Shown here: positions 1-10,180 of the stretch, in pieces | How positions within the stretch are numbered: position 1 is the first letter of the stretch | Layout: every line of letters starts with the position of its first letter | DNA from: Candidatus Woesearchaeota archaeon | GTDB lineage: Archaea > Nanobdellota > Nanobdellia > Pacearchaeales > GW2011-AR1 | Direction: 5' to 3' | Assembly: GCA_964613185.1 (NCBI GenBank) | Contig: CAZTIP010000001.1 | Location: 1 to 50,715, forward strand | DNA: 50,715 nt | Program-made: the position numbers and the translations under genes | The notes under the pieces: generated by a model | The model's input: the letters and a program-made list of their open reading frames with translations, nothing else | Database searches by the model: none | Told to the model about the DNA's origin: nothing

Positions 1-39
1 TTCTTTGAAGCGCCTCTTGAACCGTTAGTTCAAATCCAA

Positions 40-114
40 CGCTCTCGGCAGGATTTGAACCTGCGACTTTCTGCTTAGAAGGCAGACACTCTATCCAGGC
101 TGAGTTACGAGAGC
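40..114 (-). tRNA. tRNA-Arg(TCT)
   Basis: Reverse complement folds as a cloverleaf: acceptor GCTCTCG/CGAGAGC, anticodon arm TCTGC-CTTCTAA-GCAGA, T arm GCAGG-TTCAAAT-CCTGC; CCA not encoded. Confidence 0.95.
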
Positions 115-192
115 ACAAAACTATCTAATTAATCCAATTTAAAAGTTTATGGAATAAGATATTTTTATAAACTCTTTCTTCTTTTTCAAAAC

Positions 193-1650
193 ATGACAAA
201 ATTAACAATAGCTGAATTAACAAATTTTTGTAAAAGAAAGGGTTTTGTATATCCCTCCGGAGAATTATATGGCGGATTGGCAGGATTTTGGGATTATGGA
301 CCAATTGGAACAGAATTAAAAAGAAATATTAAAAATTCTTGGTGGAGCTCTCATGTTCAAGAAAATGAGGATGTTGTAGGGATTGATGGAAGCATAATTA
401 CAAATCCAAGAGTTTGGGAAGCTTCAGGGCATGTAGGAAATTTTGTCGATGTAGCAGTTGTTTGTTCAAAATGTAAAACAAAATCAAAAGTAGATAAGCA
501 CGAATTAGAAAATGCAAAATGTGAAAAATGTAATTTGAAATTGGAATCTCGAGGAGAATTTAATCCAATGTTCACTACAGGAGTAGGTCCAATAAATGAA
601 GATTCTGTCAAAGCATATTTAAGACCTGAAACAGCACAATTAATTTTTACAAATTTCAAATTAGTTCAAGAAAATTCAAGATTAAAATTACCTTTTGGAA
701 TTGCACAAATAGGGAAATCTTTCAGAAATGAAATCGCTCCGAGAAATTTTATATTCAGGTGCAGGGAATTTGAACAAATGGAATTAGAATATTTTATTGA
801 CCCTTCAAAAAAAGAATTAGACCCAAAAAAGAATAACTCCTTAAAAGAAACAGAAATTTTAATTTATTCTGCAGAAATGCAAGAAAAAAAAACAAAACCA
901 AAAAAAATGAAAATAGGGGATGCATTAAAGAAGAATATTATTCAATTACCTTGGCATGCCCATTGGTTATCTTTTGAATTAAATTGGTTTTTTTCATTGG
1001 GTGCGAATAAGGAAAATTTTAGAATTAGGCAACACACCTCAAAAGAAAAATCACATTATGCAACAGATACCTGGGATATAGAATATAATTTCCCATTTGG
1101 TTGGAAAGAACTTCAAGGAATTGCAGATAGGGGAATTTTTGATTTAACAGAACATGAAAAAAACTCAAAAAAAGATTTAAAGATTATGGACGAAGATTCT
1201 AAAAAAAAGATTTTACCGATGGTAATCGCAGAACCTTCATTGGGGGTTGAAAGGGCATTTATGGTTTTTTTATTAGATTCATATTCACTCAATGAAAAGG
1301 GAAATGTGATTTTAAAATTAAATCCAAAATTAGCTCCAATAAAATTTGCAATTCTTCCACTTGTTAAAAAAGAAGAATCGCTAACTAAAATGGCAAGAGA
1401 AATTTATGATAACTTAAAAAAAGAATGGGCTGTAAATTATGATTTTTCGGGTTCTGTTGGAAGACGATATGCCCGAAATGATGAAATTGGAACTCCATTT
1501 TGTTTAACAATCGATAAAGAATCTGAAAAAAATAAAGATGTAACTATAAGAAATCGAGATGATGGGAAACAAAAAAGAATAAAAATAGAAAATTTAAAAA
1601 ATATTTTGAGAAACCTCATTTCAGGAGAAGTCTCTTTCAAAGATTTATAA
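193..1650 (+). CDS. glyS: Glycine--tRNA ligase (alpha2 type)
   Basis: GFWDYGPIG, YLRPETAQ, GKSFRNEI, REFEQMELE, EPSLGVER, GSVGRRYAR motifs of class II GlyRS. Confidence 0.97.
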   Translation: MTKLTIAELTNFCKRKGFVYPSGELYGGLAGFWDYGPIGTELKRNIKNSWWSSHVQENEDVVGIDGSIITNPRVWEASGHVGNFVDVAVVCSKCKTKSKVDKHELENAKCEKCNLKLESRGEFNPMFTTGVGPINEDSVKAYLRPETAQLIFTNFKLVQENSRLKLPFGIAQIGKSFRNEIAPRNFIFRCREFEQMELEYFIDPSKKELDPKKNNSLKETEILIYSAEMQEKKTKPKKMKIGDALKKNIIQLPWHAHWLSFELNWFFSLGANKENFRIRQHTSKEKSHYATDTWDIEYNFPFGWKELQGIADRGIFDLTEHEKNSKKDLKIMDEDSKKKILPMVIAEPSLGVERAFMVFLLDSYSLNEKGNVILKLNPKLAPIKFAILPLVKKEESLTKMAREIYDNLKKEWAVNYDFSGSVGRRYARNDEIGTPFCLTIDKESEKNKDVTIRNRDDGKQKRIKIENLKNILRNLISGEVSFKDL

Positions 1651-1652
1651 TT

Positions 1653-2426
1653 TTAAAATTTGCTTTCTAAAGAATTCATAATTTTCAAACGATAACCAGG
1701 TAAGTCCAACAATTCTTTTTCTGTTTTGGGGGGATTTTTAATCAAATATTCTACACTTTTCTCGACACCGAATTTATCTAAAATAGGTTTAACTAAAAAA
1801 TGACCCCCAGTATAAACATAACGATTTAATTGTAACATAAAAGTATTGGAGGGCCATAAAGAATCATCAAAATAAGAATCCAAATTATCACTGCCAGAAT
1901 AATCACGAAAATATTCTGCAATGCCTTCCTGAATAATCAAAAGACCCATAGATTCCATTTTAGAAAAATTTCTATCATAAAAAGTTTTAGAAATTTTATT
2001 TTCGACCAATTTATCTGTGTAATAATGTCCCAATTCATGCGATAAAACAAGTTTTACAAGGTCTTCATTTAAATTATCGAAATCTTCGAAATCTTCGAAA
2101 AAACTAGATTCATCTAAATATAATTTATCTTCTTTCATCTTATAAATTCCAATTGAAGATATATTTTCACCGCCTGGCATCCCAATTAAAATTTGAGGAA
2201 CTCCAGTATATTTAAATGAAAGATTTTTTTCTTGTTTAATCATAATTTCTTCAAGATTTTCATCAACGAATTCTTTTAATCTAAGATTCCTCATAATATC
2301 TTTCTCAGAAAAAATTTCATCTTTAGAAATCTTATAAACAGAAGGTTTAGAAAAATCAGAAGAAGGTAAAATACATGAATTTCCAAAAAGTAGTCCTACT
2401 AATCCGACTTTTTCAAAAAGTTTCAT
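1653..2426 (-). CDS. Putative exported zinc metallopeptidase (gluzincin-like)
   Basis: SHELGH followed by QEGIAEY; hydrophobic N-terminus; ATG at 2426 preferred over the upstream TTG at 2447. Confidence 0.6.
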   Translation of the reverse strand: MKLFEKVGLVGLLFGNSCILPSSDFSKPSVYKISKDEIFSEKDIMRNLRLKEFVDENLEEIMIKQEKNLSFKYTGVPQILIGMPGGENISSIGIYKMKEDKLYLDESSFFEDFEDFDNLNEDLVKLVLSHELGHYYTDKLVENKISKTFYDRNFSKMESMGLLIIQEGIAEYFRDYSGSDNLDSYFDDSLWPSNTFMLQLNRYVYTGGHFLVKPILDKFGVEKSVEYLIKNPPKTEKELLDLPGYRLKIMNSLESKF

Positions 2427-2529
2427 AAAAAAATAAAATTTATTCAATTTAAAAAGTTATACTCAATAAAATAAATAATGAACATTAATCTTAAATACTC
2501 TATCTACCATAATCTCTTAAGAGGGGAAA

Positions 2530-3318
2530 ATGACAAACATATTAGCTTTTGTTTCAATTAAAGGAGGTGTAGGAAAAACAACTTTAGCACTGGAAACAGC
2601 GAGCTCATTAGTAAATGATTTCGGAAAAAGAGTATTGTTAATTGATGCAAATTTTTCGGCGCCAAATGTAGGTTTATATTTAGATTTAACAGATGGACCG
2701 ACACTCCACGACGCACTTTTCGGAATAGGACTTCATAATACAATTTATGAATCTCATGGGATAGATATTGTTCCAGCATCAATGGATTACAATGGGGAAA
2801 TTGATATTTTCAAACTAGAAAAAATAATTTCAAAATTTAAAAACAGATACGATTTTATAATCCTAGATTCATCCCCAAATTACGAAGAATTAAAACCAGT
2901 TATCGCAGCAGCAGATAAAGTTTTTATTGTAACTTCTCCAGACAATGTAACTTTAACAACTTCATTAAAAGCTGCAAAAATAGCAAAAAATCAACAAACG
3001 CCAATTGAAGGAATTGTAGTAAATAGGATAAGAAATCCACGTCACGAATACAATTTAAAAGAAATAGAGAATAAATCGGAAATTCCTGTCGTTGCAAGGA
3101 TAAGAGATCATAAAAAAATAGCCCAAGCATTAAATGAAAAAATACCAATAACAGTTTTAGATAAAGGTAATATAATCTCAAAAGAAATTCAAAAATTGGC
3201 ATCAGTAATTTGTGGAATACCTGAAAAACATGGATTTTTTCAAAAATTTAACCCATTAAAAGATATAATTCAAAAAGAAAAAGTTAATCGAGAATTTTTA
3301 AGACAAAAATTCTATTAA
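2530..3318 (+). CDS. minD: MinD/ParA family ATPase
   Basis: Deviant Walker A KGGVGKTT, LLIDAN, IILDSSP. Confidence 0.9.
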   Translation: MTNILAFVSIKGGVGKTTLALETASSLVNDFGKRVLLIDANFSAPNVGLYLDLTDGPTLHDALFGIGLHNTIYESHGIDIVPASMDYNGEIDIFKLEKIISKFKNRYDFIILDSSPNYEELKPVIAAADKVFIVTSPDNVTLTTSLKAAKIAKNQQTPIEGIVVNRIRNPRHEYNLKEIENKSEIPVVARIRDHKKIAQALNEKIPITVLDKGNIISKEIQKLASVICGIPEKHGFFQKFNPLKDIIQKEKVNREFLRQKFY

Positions 3319-3372
3319 CAATCATTTATTTATTTCAGAAACATATATAAACCAAAAATTTTTCAACAAACT

Positions 3373-3732
3373 ATGAAACAAGGAAGAAAAACAAGCGGAG
3401 GAAGATACATAAAACCGCGAAAGAAAAAACTAACAGGAAGGCAGAACCAATCAAGAGTTGTAAAACTGGATGATAAAAGAACAAAGTTGCTTAAAAGGCG
3501 TGGAAGTTCGAAAAAACTAGTTTCGTTAACAAATGATACTGTAAATGTAATTTCTAAAGGTAAGGGAAAAAACGTAAAAATAAAAAATGTTTTAGAAACC
3601 CCTTCAAATTCTTTCCTTGCAAGACAAAACATTTTATTAAAAGGTGCAATAATTGAAACAGAACTTGGAAAAGCAAAGATTACAAACAGGCCTTCTCAGG
3701 AAGGAAATGTTCAGGCAATTTTAATAGATTAA
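3373..3732 (+). CDS. rps8e: 30S ribosomal protein S8e
   Basis: RKTSGGR...KGAIIETELGKAKITNRPSQEG signature. Confidence 0.95.
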   Translation: MKQGRKTSGGRYIKPRKKKLTGRQNQSRVVKLDDKRTKLLKRRGSSKKLVSLTNDTVNVISKGKGKNVKIKNVLETPSNSFLARQNILLKGAIIETELGKAKITNRPSQEGNVQAILID

Positions 3733-3805
3733 TTTTAAAAATTTCTAATTCTGAAAAATTTAAAACCGAAAACTTTAAAAAGGAAATCTATTTATAAACC
3801 TTACT

Positions 3806-4741
3806 ATGGATACTAATAAAAAATGTCCGGAGTGTAATAGTTCTAAATTAATATACGACGAAACAAGAGGAGAATTGATTTGCGGTTCTTGTGGATTACT
3901 GGTCGAAGAAAAAATGGTTGATACATCTCACGAATTAAGAGCCTTTGATAAATCTGAAAAAAAATCTCGAGGAGGTGCACCAATTTCTCTTCAAAAATTT
4001 GATAAAGGATTAACAACAAATGTGGGAGAAATTTCAGACATCTATAAATTAGATTCTGCACAACAAACAAGGAAATATTTAAGATTAAAAAAATGGCAAG
4101 AAAGAGTTTCCACATCTATTGAAAGAAATTTAAGACTTGCAATGTCTGAATTAAGAAGGGTCGCTTCATTTTTAGAATTGCCTTCAGTAGTTAGGGATGA
4201 ATCTGCAAGAATTTATAATTTCGTTCTTCAAAGAGGTTTAGTCAGAGGGAGATCAATGGAATCCGTAATTGCATCTTGTATTTATGCTGCTTGCCGTTCA
4301 TACAATATTCCAAGAACTTTAGATGAAATCTCAAATGCATCTGAGGTAGAAAGAAAAGAAATTGGAAGAACGTACAGATTCATAATTAGAAAAATTGGAT
4401 TAAAAGTTACTCCAAGTTCTCCAAAGGATTATATTTCTAGGTTTTCTTCCACACTACACCTTTCACCTCAAGCACAAAATGAAGCGTTAAAAATTTTGAG
4501 AAAGGCAGAGGTTTCAGAATTAACTTCTGGAAGAGGACCTGCAGGAATTGCGGCAGCAGCACTTTATGTAGCTGCACTAATTAGTGACGAGAAAAAAACT
4601 CAAAGAGAGGTTGCAGATGTTGCAGGAATCACAGAAGTAACAATTAGAAATAGATACAAAGAACTTCTTGAAAGGTTAGACATAGAAGATAAAATGAAAA
4701 TCAGTGAAAATGAGAAAAAGAAAAAGAAAAAAATCATTTAA
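3806..4741 (+). CDS. tfb: Transcription initiation factor IIB (TFB)
   Basis: N-terminal CPEC...CGSCG zinc ribbon; two cyclin repeats (GLVRGRS, SGRGPAGIAAAALY, TEVTIRNRYKEL). Confidence 0.97.
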   Translation: MDTNKKCPECNSSKLIYDETRGELICGSCGLLVEEKMVDTSHELRAFDKSEKKSRGGAPISLQKFDKGLTTNVGEISDIYKLDSAQQTRKYLRLKKWQERVSTSIERNLRLAMSELRRVASFLELPSVVRDESARIYNFVLQRGLVRGRSMESVIASCIYAACRSYNIPRTLDEISNASEVERKEIGRTYRFIIRKIGLKVTPSSPKDYISRFSSTLHLSPQAQNEALKILRKAEVSELTSGRGPAGIAAAALYVAALISDEKKTQREVADVAGITEVTIRNRYKELLERLDIEDKMKISENEKKKKKKII

Positions 4742-4807
4742 TCTTTCTAAAATTTCTTCAGACAACAACACATTTTTATACTAAAAAACTTCAATACATT
4801 TATGCTT

Positions 4808-4891
4808 GGGGAGATGCCGGAGTGGTCAAACGGGCTGGGTTTAGGACCCAGTAGCTTAGTGCTTACGGGGGTTCGAATCCTCCTCTCCCCA
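4808..4891 (+). tRNA. tRNA-Leu(TAG)
   Basis: Acceptor GGGGAGA/TCTCCCC, anticodon arm CTGGG-TTTAGGA-CCCAG, long variable arm, GTTCGAATC. Confidence 0.95.
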
Positions 4892-4948
4892 TAATGCAGC
4901 ACCTTATTAAATCAAATATTCAAAATTTTATTCTCAAACAACCTCAGA

Positions 4949-7900
4949 TTATTTTAATTTGAGATAATTGGAATCTGAGGTAATAGGGATTCCACTCATT
5001 TGTCCAGTCCATCCAAATCCTGCAGAAAATTCAGGAGGAAACTTATCATAACTTATCATCCTCCAACCAGGTGCATCATCAAATTTATCAGAGCATACAA
5101 ATACTTCTTCACCCCCTCGTGGCCATGGATCAATAGGATTATCGAAAGTATTTGTTGGAGAAGTATAAACAGGTATAGAGCCTTGGGCAATATAAATCAA
5201 GACATCTGAACTACAAGCATTTGAAAGGGTAGAAAAGGCATCGGAGTTAACTTTATCCTCTGATTCTCCAACAACCTCAATTTCAATTTCATCTTCAGCT
5301 CCAAAAAGTCCTTTCCAAAATCCTGGAACAATAACATTCACTAAAGTTTCATAACTCTTAACAAAATTATCGGAATCTTTCAGAAAATCGGAACCTTCAT
5401 TACAATCTTTACTCCCTAAATTCAAAGCAACTTGAACTGAAGAACCCTTAAAATAATTTGAAGATTGGCTAGATTCAATAACATTATCTCGATTAATCAA
5501 ATTCCAGTTAGCATTATCTAATGAAAAACTCCACTTCCCTGCATAACAATGATAATAAACCTTTTTTTCACTTCCATCTACACCTAATTCATAAGAAATC
5601 CCCTTAACTCCTTCTAAATCCTCTTCTTCCCCCCTTCCGTCTCCCGAACCAGAACTACTTTCATCACCTTCACTTTCATCACCCCCTTCATCCTCACCAC
5701 TATCTCCATCTTTACCACTCTCATCATCTTGACGTCCAGGATCAACAGAAATCTGTTTAGGAATTCCAATTTTTGAAAGAACAAGCCCCTGATACAGTTT
5801 AGCCTTCAACCAAAGAGCCTTTGCTTTATCCAAATTACTCCCAACACCTGGAGAATCTCCGGCACCAATAATAATATCAAGAGAATCCCTAACATTTTTC
5901 CACTCAGTATCATTAACAAAGCCGCCAACCTGCAAATCTTTAATTTCTTTTTCAAAAATTCTCAAATTTGCCTGAATTTCTTTAGGAGTCATAGAGCCCA
6001 TAGTAATTGAAGCAAAATTTTCTCCAAGAGATTTCAAATCCGCATCATTAGCAATAGCCAAAGTATTCAAACTATCTTTGACACTTTCAGTATCCAACCA
6101 ACATTTAAGATTTGTATTTCCACAATATCCAACTTCTTTCCAACGAGAAGTAGTTTCCGGGTTTCCCGAAGCACAAATCCTCACAAGTCCACGTTTAGAG
6201 ATTTCAGGGTCAATCGCATTACTTGCAATAGCACCCAAATTAAGCGAGAATGAAGGCACTGTCAAGGGTTTCCCAGAAATACATTCATTTTCTGTAGTTA
6301 TATCAGTTTGAGATGCCTGGTCGGAAACATAAGCATCTTGAACCATGTTAATTCCTAAATCAGTACTAACTTGTCTAAATCCGCACTCCTCTTGATTATC
6401 TATAACAACACAAAGTTCTTTGTAACCAGCAGGAGCAGTAAAATCTTTTGATTCATCTGCTGAAGTTCCTTTAGCGATATATCCTGTCTGAACTTCAATA
6501 GTAGGGTTGGTAGAATAATATCCTGAAGCAGGAGGATTCTTCAAATAAACCCTAAACTGCCTCCCCTTATCATTACCTGCATAAATATGGTAATAAACAT
6601 TATATTGAGAAGTTGCAGGGACGGTAACATCTGTAAAAGTATCCTCCGAAAAATAGGCAAAGAATTGTGGAGGGCTTTCAGGTTCCAATAAACTATCCAA
6701 AGCATCTGCAGAAGAAGGAACACTAGTTCCAATAAACGCCTTACAAAATTCACCTCCCACTTCTTCAATATTTCTAATTTGGAAAGCCCTAAAAGCATTA
6801 GGGGCATAAATATTCTTAAAATAACTAAAGCTTTTATCCAAATTATCAAAAGCATTTTGAATTAAAAGGTATTCCCCGCCTCCACGAGTTCTAGAATTCC
6901 CTGTAAAATCTTCAAGAATTTTAGGACCTAGGAATTTCAAAACAGGTGCAGCTTGTTTCCAGAAAAACTCGCATTTGTAAATAGATGTAATTTCATCACA
7001 AATTCCGACATGCTCTCCAGTTTCAAGACTTTTTTCCAAACAACTTACTTCTGATTTTAAAATAGATGTAAATGTATCAATTCCCGCATGAATTCCACTC
7101 AAACAAAGAGGTACTGCAATACCCTCCTTAGAATTTGGCAAACACATCAAAACACCTCCAACAATCCCCGTTTGAATAACATCTGCTACAGGCATTTTTC
7201 CCCCAAAATCGCATCGAGAACTTGGACAAACCACAGGGTCACAAGTGTTAAACATCAATTTACAATCGTCGGGACTCATAAAATCCTGACATTCAACTTC
7301 CCCTGTATTGCTGGCAGGATTTCCAAGTGCAATTGCATTTCCAAAAATATTAATATTTTTTTCACCATATTGACGAGAAGCCTCTCGAATTGCGCCACTT
7401 GCCTGAGTATAAAGAGATTTTACTTTTCGAGGACTAAGTTCTGGACAAGAAAGGAAATCTTCAACGACTCCAACACTATTGACATCAAAAGATTGACAAG
7501 AATCATCGGAAGTTCCCCTTTCCATCAAACCATTTTTCCCAATATTACAAATTTTAAAATAATTTACAGCCCCCGAATCAGCAAACCCTTTAGGTGAATC
7601 TTCTAAAAATGTCCCTCCAGAATTTGGAACCATCGCATACCACCCATCATTCAAATCAAAAGGAACTATCGCGGGAAGTCCTTTGCTTGATCCAGATTCA
7701 TAATAGTGAACTTTCGCAGTTCCCATAGGCCAAACATTTGAACAACTATTTGTAGATTGGGGTAAATTATTTGACCCAGAACCTAAACTTTTTCTCAATG
7801 CAAGATTTTTCAAAGAAATATCCAGCTCATCTATTGCAGTTTCATAAGGAATGCCCCCCTTACTTTCAAGCTTCTTAACTAAGATTGCTGCTCTCACTTG

Positions 7901-10180
7901 GGAACTTGAAGTTAAATCTTCGACAGCTAATTCCACCCCATCCACCTCTCGACTCCAACCTGCTCCAAGTTCTTTTTTCAAATCATTCACATAAGCTTCT
8001 TGATCGATAACCCTATCTTCCCCAAAAATCCCTCCATCCTTTTTATGTTTATCAATTGATTTATCCATCACTTCATTAACAGATTTTAAAGTATCTGCCA
8101 TTGTTTCAACATCCTTATCAATTTGTTCAGATAAATCGTTATAACATTCTGTCCTCGTCCGATACTCTTCATTTCCAATTGCAATATCGCAAGTTTGTTT
8201 ATACTTTGACATAACTTTTTGACGGGCTAATCCAACCCCACTAACTCCACTAGCAACATTTTTCAACATCAGGATACTTGAAGTGGCAAAACAAGCACCC
8301 TTCCACGCCTTAATAGTTTTACCCAACCTATCATTTACCTTTTCCCAACTTTCAATAGACTTCTCAATATTTTTCAATTTCTCTTCAGTTTTTTCAGTAG
8401 ATAGTTGGATTGCCCTTTTTTCTACCCCTACTTTAAATGTAAAGTCTGCTTCAGTTTTAGTTCGTTTAACTTCTGGAATCAAAGAAACATAAGCAAACAG
8501 TTCCATATCAATATTTTGAACATAAATATTCCTCCCTTCAAGAGCCCCAGATTCTCCTTCACGAATTTTAACAGAACGAGAGCCCCTCACATTAAGAGCG
8601 TTATCACTTCCGGTAAATGAAAATGTAACTTCTCCTGGAGAAATTTTAGTAACTATGAATTTCCCTCCATCAACAATTTCTTCAGAACCTTCAATTCTAT
8701 CTGAAAAAATTTCATTTCCAATTTTAAAGCTAACTTTTTTAGAATCACTTTTAAATTTACTAAACTCGCTAATACTCACTGAATAATATTTACCAGAAGC
8801 AATTATATTCCCATAAGCATTTCCAAAATCATAATCAGAAATTAAGTTGCTTTGTCTTCTTATAAGTTCCAAAGAAGAAGATTGTGGGAATGTATCCACA
8901 AATAAATCTAAAAGTTCTTTCTTAGTTTCTAATTGACCGTATTTTCCCGCAAGGTCAATTTGCTCAATAAGAGTTTCTTCAGCATAGGATTCGGATAATT
9001 CTCCCTTAGAAACTAAGGGATATTCATCAACCAATTCTTTAGTTACCCTTATAGTTTTATCAAAATAATTCTTAGGATCAGGAAGTTCTTCAAAAGAATT
9101 TTTCAAAGAATTTTCATCTTTCAGAGAGGTACTCAAAAGAAGGGAACCGCCACTACAATCTATTTTTACAGAACCAGATTCATCATCATTAACAGTTAAA
9201 GAACGCACAGTGCATCGATTATTCAAAATTCGGGAACCGGACCTAACCCAACTTTCTTCCCCATCAATATTCAAAAGCACCATATCTTCGGGAGAAACAA
9301 TTTTATTCAATTTAACTTTCATTCCAGCACGGCAATAGTATCCGGGAAAATAACTCATTTCACTAGTCTGCCCTTCTTGAAGATTAATTTTTCGAGAAAC
9401 TTGATCTTTAGAATGATAAATATCAATTTCTGCAGAATTTCTGTTTATATTCATCAATCGTAAATAACCCTTTCCTTTCCAAAATGCAGTTTTAGCATAA
9501 TCCTTTTCCCACTCATCTTCACTCATTATCGGCAAATAATAAGAAGATCTTCCAACCCCATAAGCTTCTTCAGCATCATAACGAATTGTTGCAGTCAAAT
9601 TTCCAGCAATCCAATCTTCCATATTTTTTTCAATTTTATTTCTCTTCAAAACAATCACCACATAACCAATATTGTTAATTGTGGGGTTTCCCAAAAGTGT
9701 TCGATAAGACCTTGTAGCTGCTCTCGCGGGATGAAAACTAATTCCAGAAACCCCTTCAGGATATTCTCCCTTAAAAGAAATAGATTTTATAGAAGAAACT
9801 TTAATCAAAGGATTAATTTGAATTGATTGCAATTGACAAAAAACTGGAACATTCTGTTCTTCCAATAAATCACTTCGAACAACACTTGGACTGCACCCTC
9901 CAGGAGGAATCATAACTAAAAAATCACTCGTAGCATTACATTGGTCGTTATTCATATTTTCAATAACTGGCCAATAAGTCCCAACATCAGAACCATATAA
10001 TTCATTAAAGTTAGGTTGATAGGTTTGCCAAGTGTTTGTAGCCCCTCCATAAAATCCTCCTGTATGCCCACTTGAAGAAACAATCCCAAAAGAGAAAGCA
10101 CCAATAAGTAAGACTCCGACAATTAAAAACAAATTCCTCACAACATTATTAATAACTATTTTTTCCCCCATTTTATTCAT
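4949..10180 (-). CDS. Giant secreted cysteine-rich protein (1743 aa) with acidic linker and SH3b-like C-terminal domain
   Basis: N-terminal hydrophobic signal, dense Cys clusters in the middle third, D/E/G/S linker near 5610-5745, C-terminal VYTSP..GEEVFV..GWRMISY..GW pattern; start overlaps the upstream stop. Function unknown. Confidence 0.7.
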   Translation of the reverse strand: MNKMGEKIVINNVVRNLFLIVGVLLIGAFSFGIVSSSGHTGGFYGGATNTWQTYQPNFNELYGSDVGTYWPVIENMNNDQCNATSDFLVMIPPGGCSPSVVRSDLLEEQNVPVFCQLQSIQINPLIKVSSIKSISFKGEYPEGVSGISFHPARAATRSYRTLLGNPTINNIGYVVIVLKRNKIEKNMEDWIAGNLTATIRYDAEEAYGVGRSSYYLPIMSEDEWEKDYAKTAFWKGKGYLRLMNINRNSAEIDIYHSKDQVSRKINLQEGQTSEMSYFPGYYCRAGMKVKLNKIVSPEDMVLLNIDGEESWVRSGSRILNNRCTVRSLTVNDDESGSVKIDCSGGSLLLSTSLKDENSLKNSFEELPDPKNYFDKTIRVTKELVDEYPLVSKGELSESYAEETLIEQIDLAGKYGQLETKKELLDLFVDTFPQSSSLELIRRQSNLISDYDFGNAYGNIIASGKYYSVSISEFSKFKSDSKKVSFKIGNEIFSDRIEGSEEIVDGGKFIVTKISPGEVTFSFTGSDNALNVRGSRSVKIREGESGALEGRNIYVQNIDMELFAYVSLIPEVKRTKTEADFTFKVGVEKRAIQLSTEKTEEKLKNIEKSIESWEKVNDRLGKTIKAWKGACFATSSILMLKNVASGVSGVGLARQKVMSKYKQTCDIAIGNEEYRTRTECYNDLSEQIDKDVETMADTLKSVNEVMDKSIDKHKKDGGIFGEDRVIDQEAYVNDLKKELGAGWSREVDGVELAVEDLTSSSQVRAAILVKKLESKGGIPYETAIDELDISLKNLALRKSLGSGSNNLPQSTNSCSNVWPMGTAKVHYYESGSSKGLPAIVPFDLNDGWYAMVPNSGGTFLEDSPKGFADSGAVNYFKICNIGKNGLMERGTSDDSCQSFDVNSVGVVEDFLSCPELSPRKVKSLYTQASGAIREASRQYGEKNINIFGNAIALGNPASNTGEVECQDFMSPDDCKLMFNTCDPVVCPSSRCDFGGKMPVADVIQTGIVGGVLMCLPNSKEGIAVPLCLSGIHAGIDTFTSILKSEVSCLEKSLETGEHVGICDEITSIYKCEFFWKQAAPVLKFLGPKILEDFTGNSRTRGGGEYLLIQNAFDNLDKSFSYFKNIYAPNAFRAFQIRNIEEVGGEFCKAFIGTSVPSSADALDSLLEPESPPQFFAYFSEDTFTDVTVPATSQYNVYYHIYAGNDKGRQFRVYLKNPPASGYYSTNPTIEVQTGYIAKGTSADESKDFTAPAGYKELCVVIDNQEECGFRQVSTDLGINMVQDAYVSDQASQTDITTENECISGKPLTVPSFSLNLGAIASNAIDPEISKRGLVRICASGNPETTSRWKEVGYCGNTNLKCWLDTESVKDSLNTLAIANDADLKSLGENFASITMGSMTPKEIQANLRIFEKEIKDLQVGGFVNDTEWKNVRDSLDIIIGAGDSPGVGSNLDKAKALWLKAKLYQGLVLSKIGIPKQISVDPGRQDDESGKDGDSGEDEGGDESEGDESSSGSGDGRGEEEDLEGVKGISYELGVDGSEKKVYYHCYAGKWSFSLDNANWNLINRDNVIESSQSSNYFKGSSVQVALNLGSKDCNEGSDFLKDSDNFVKSYETLVNVIVPGFWKGLFGAEDEIEIEVVGESEDKVNSDAFSTLSNACSSDVLIYIAQGSIPVYTSPTNTFDNPIDPWPRGGEEVFVCSDKFDDAPGWRMISYDKFPPEFSAGFGWTGQMSGIPITSDSNYLKLK

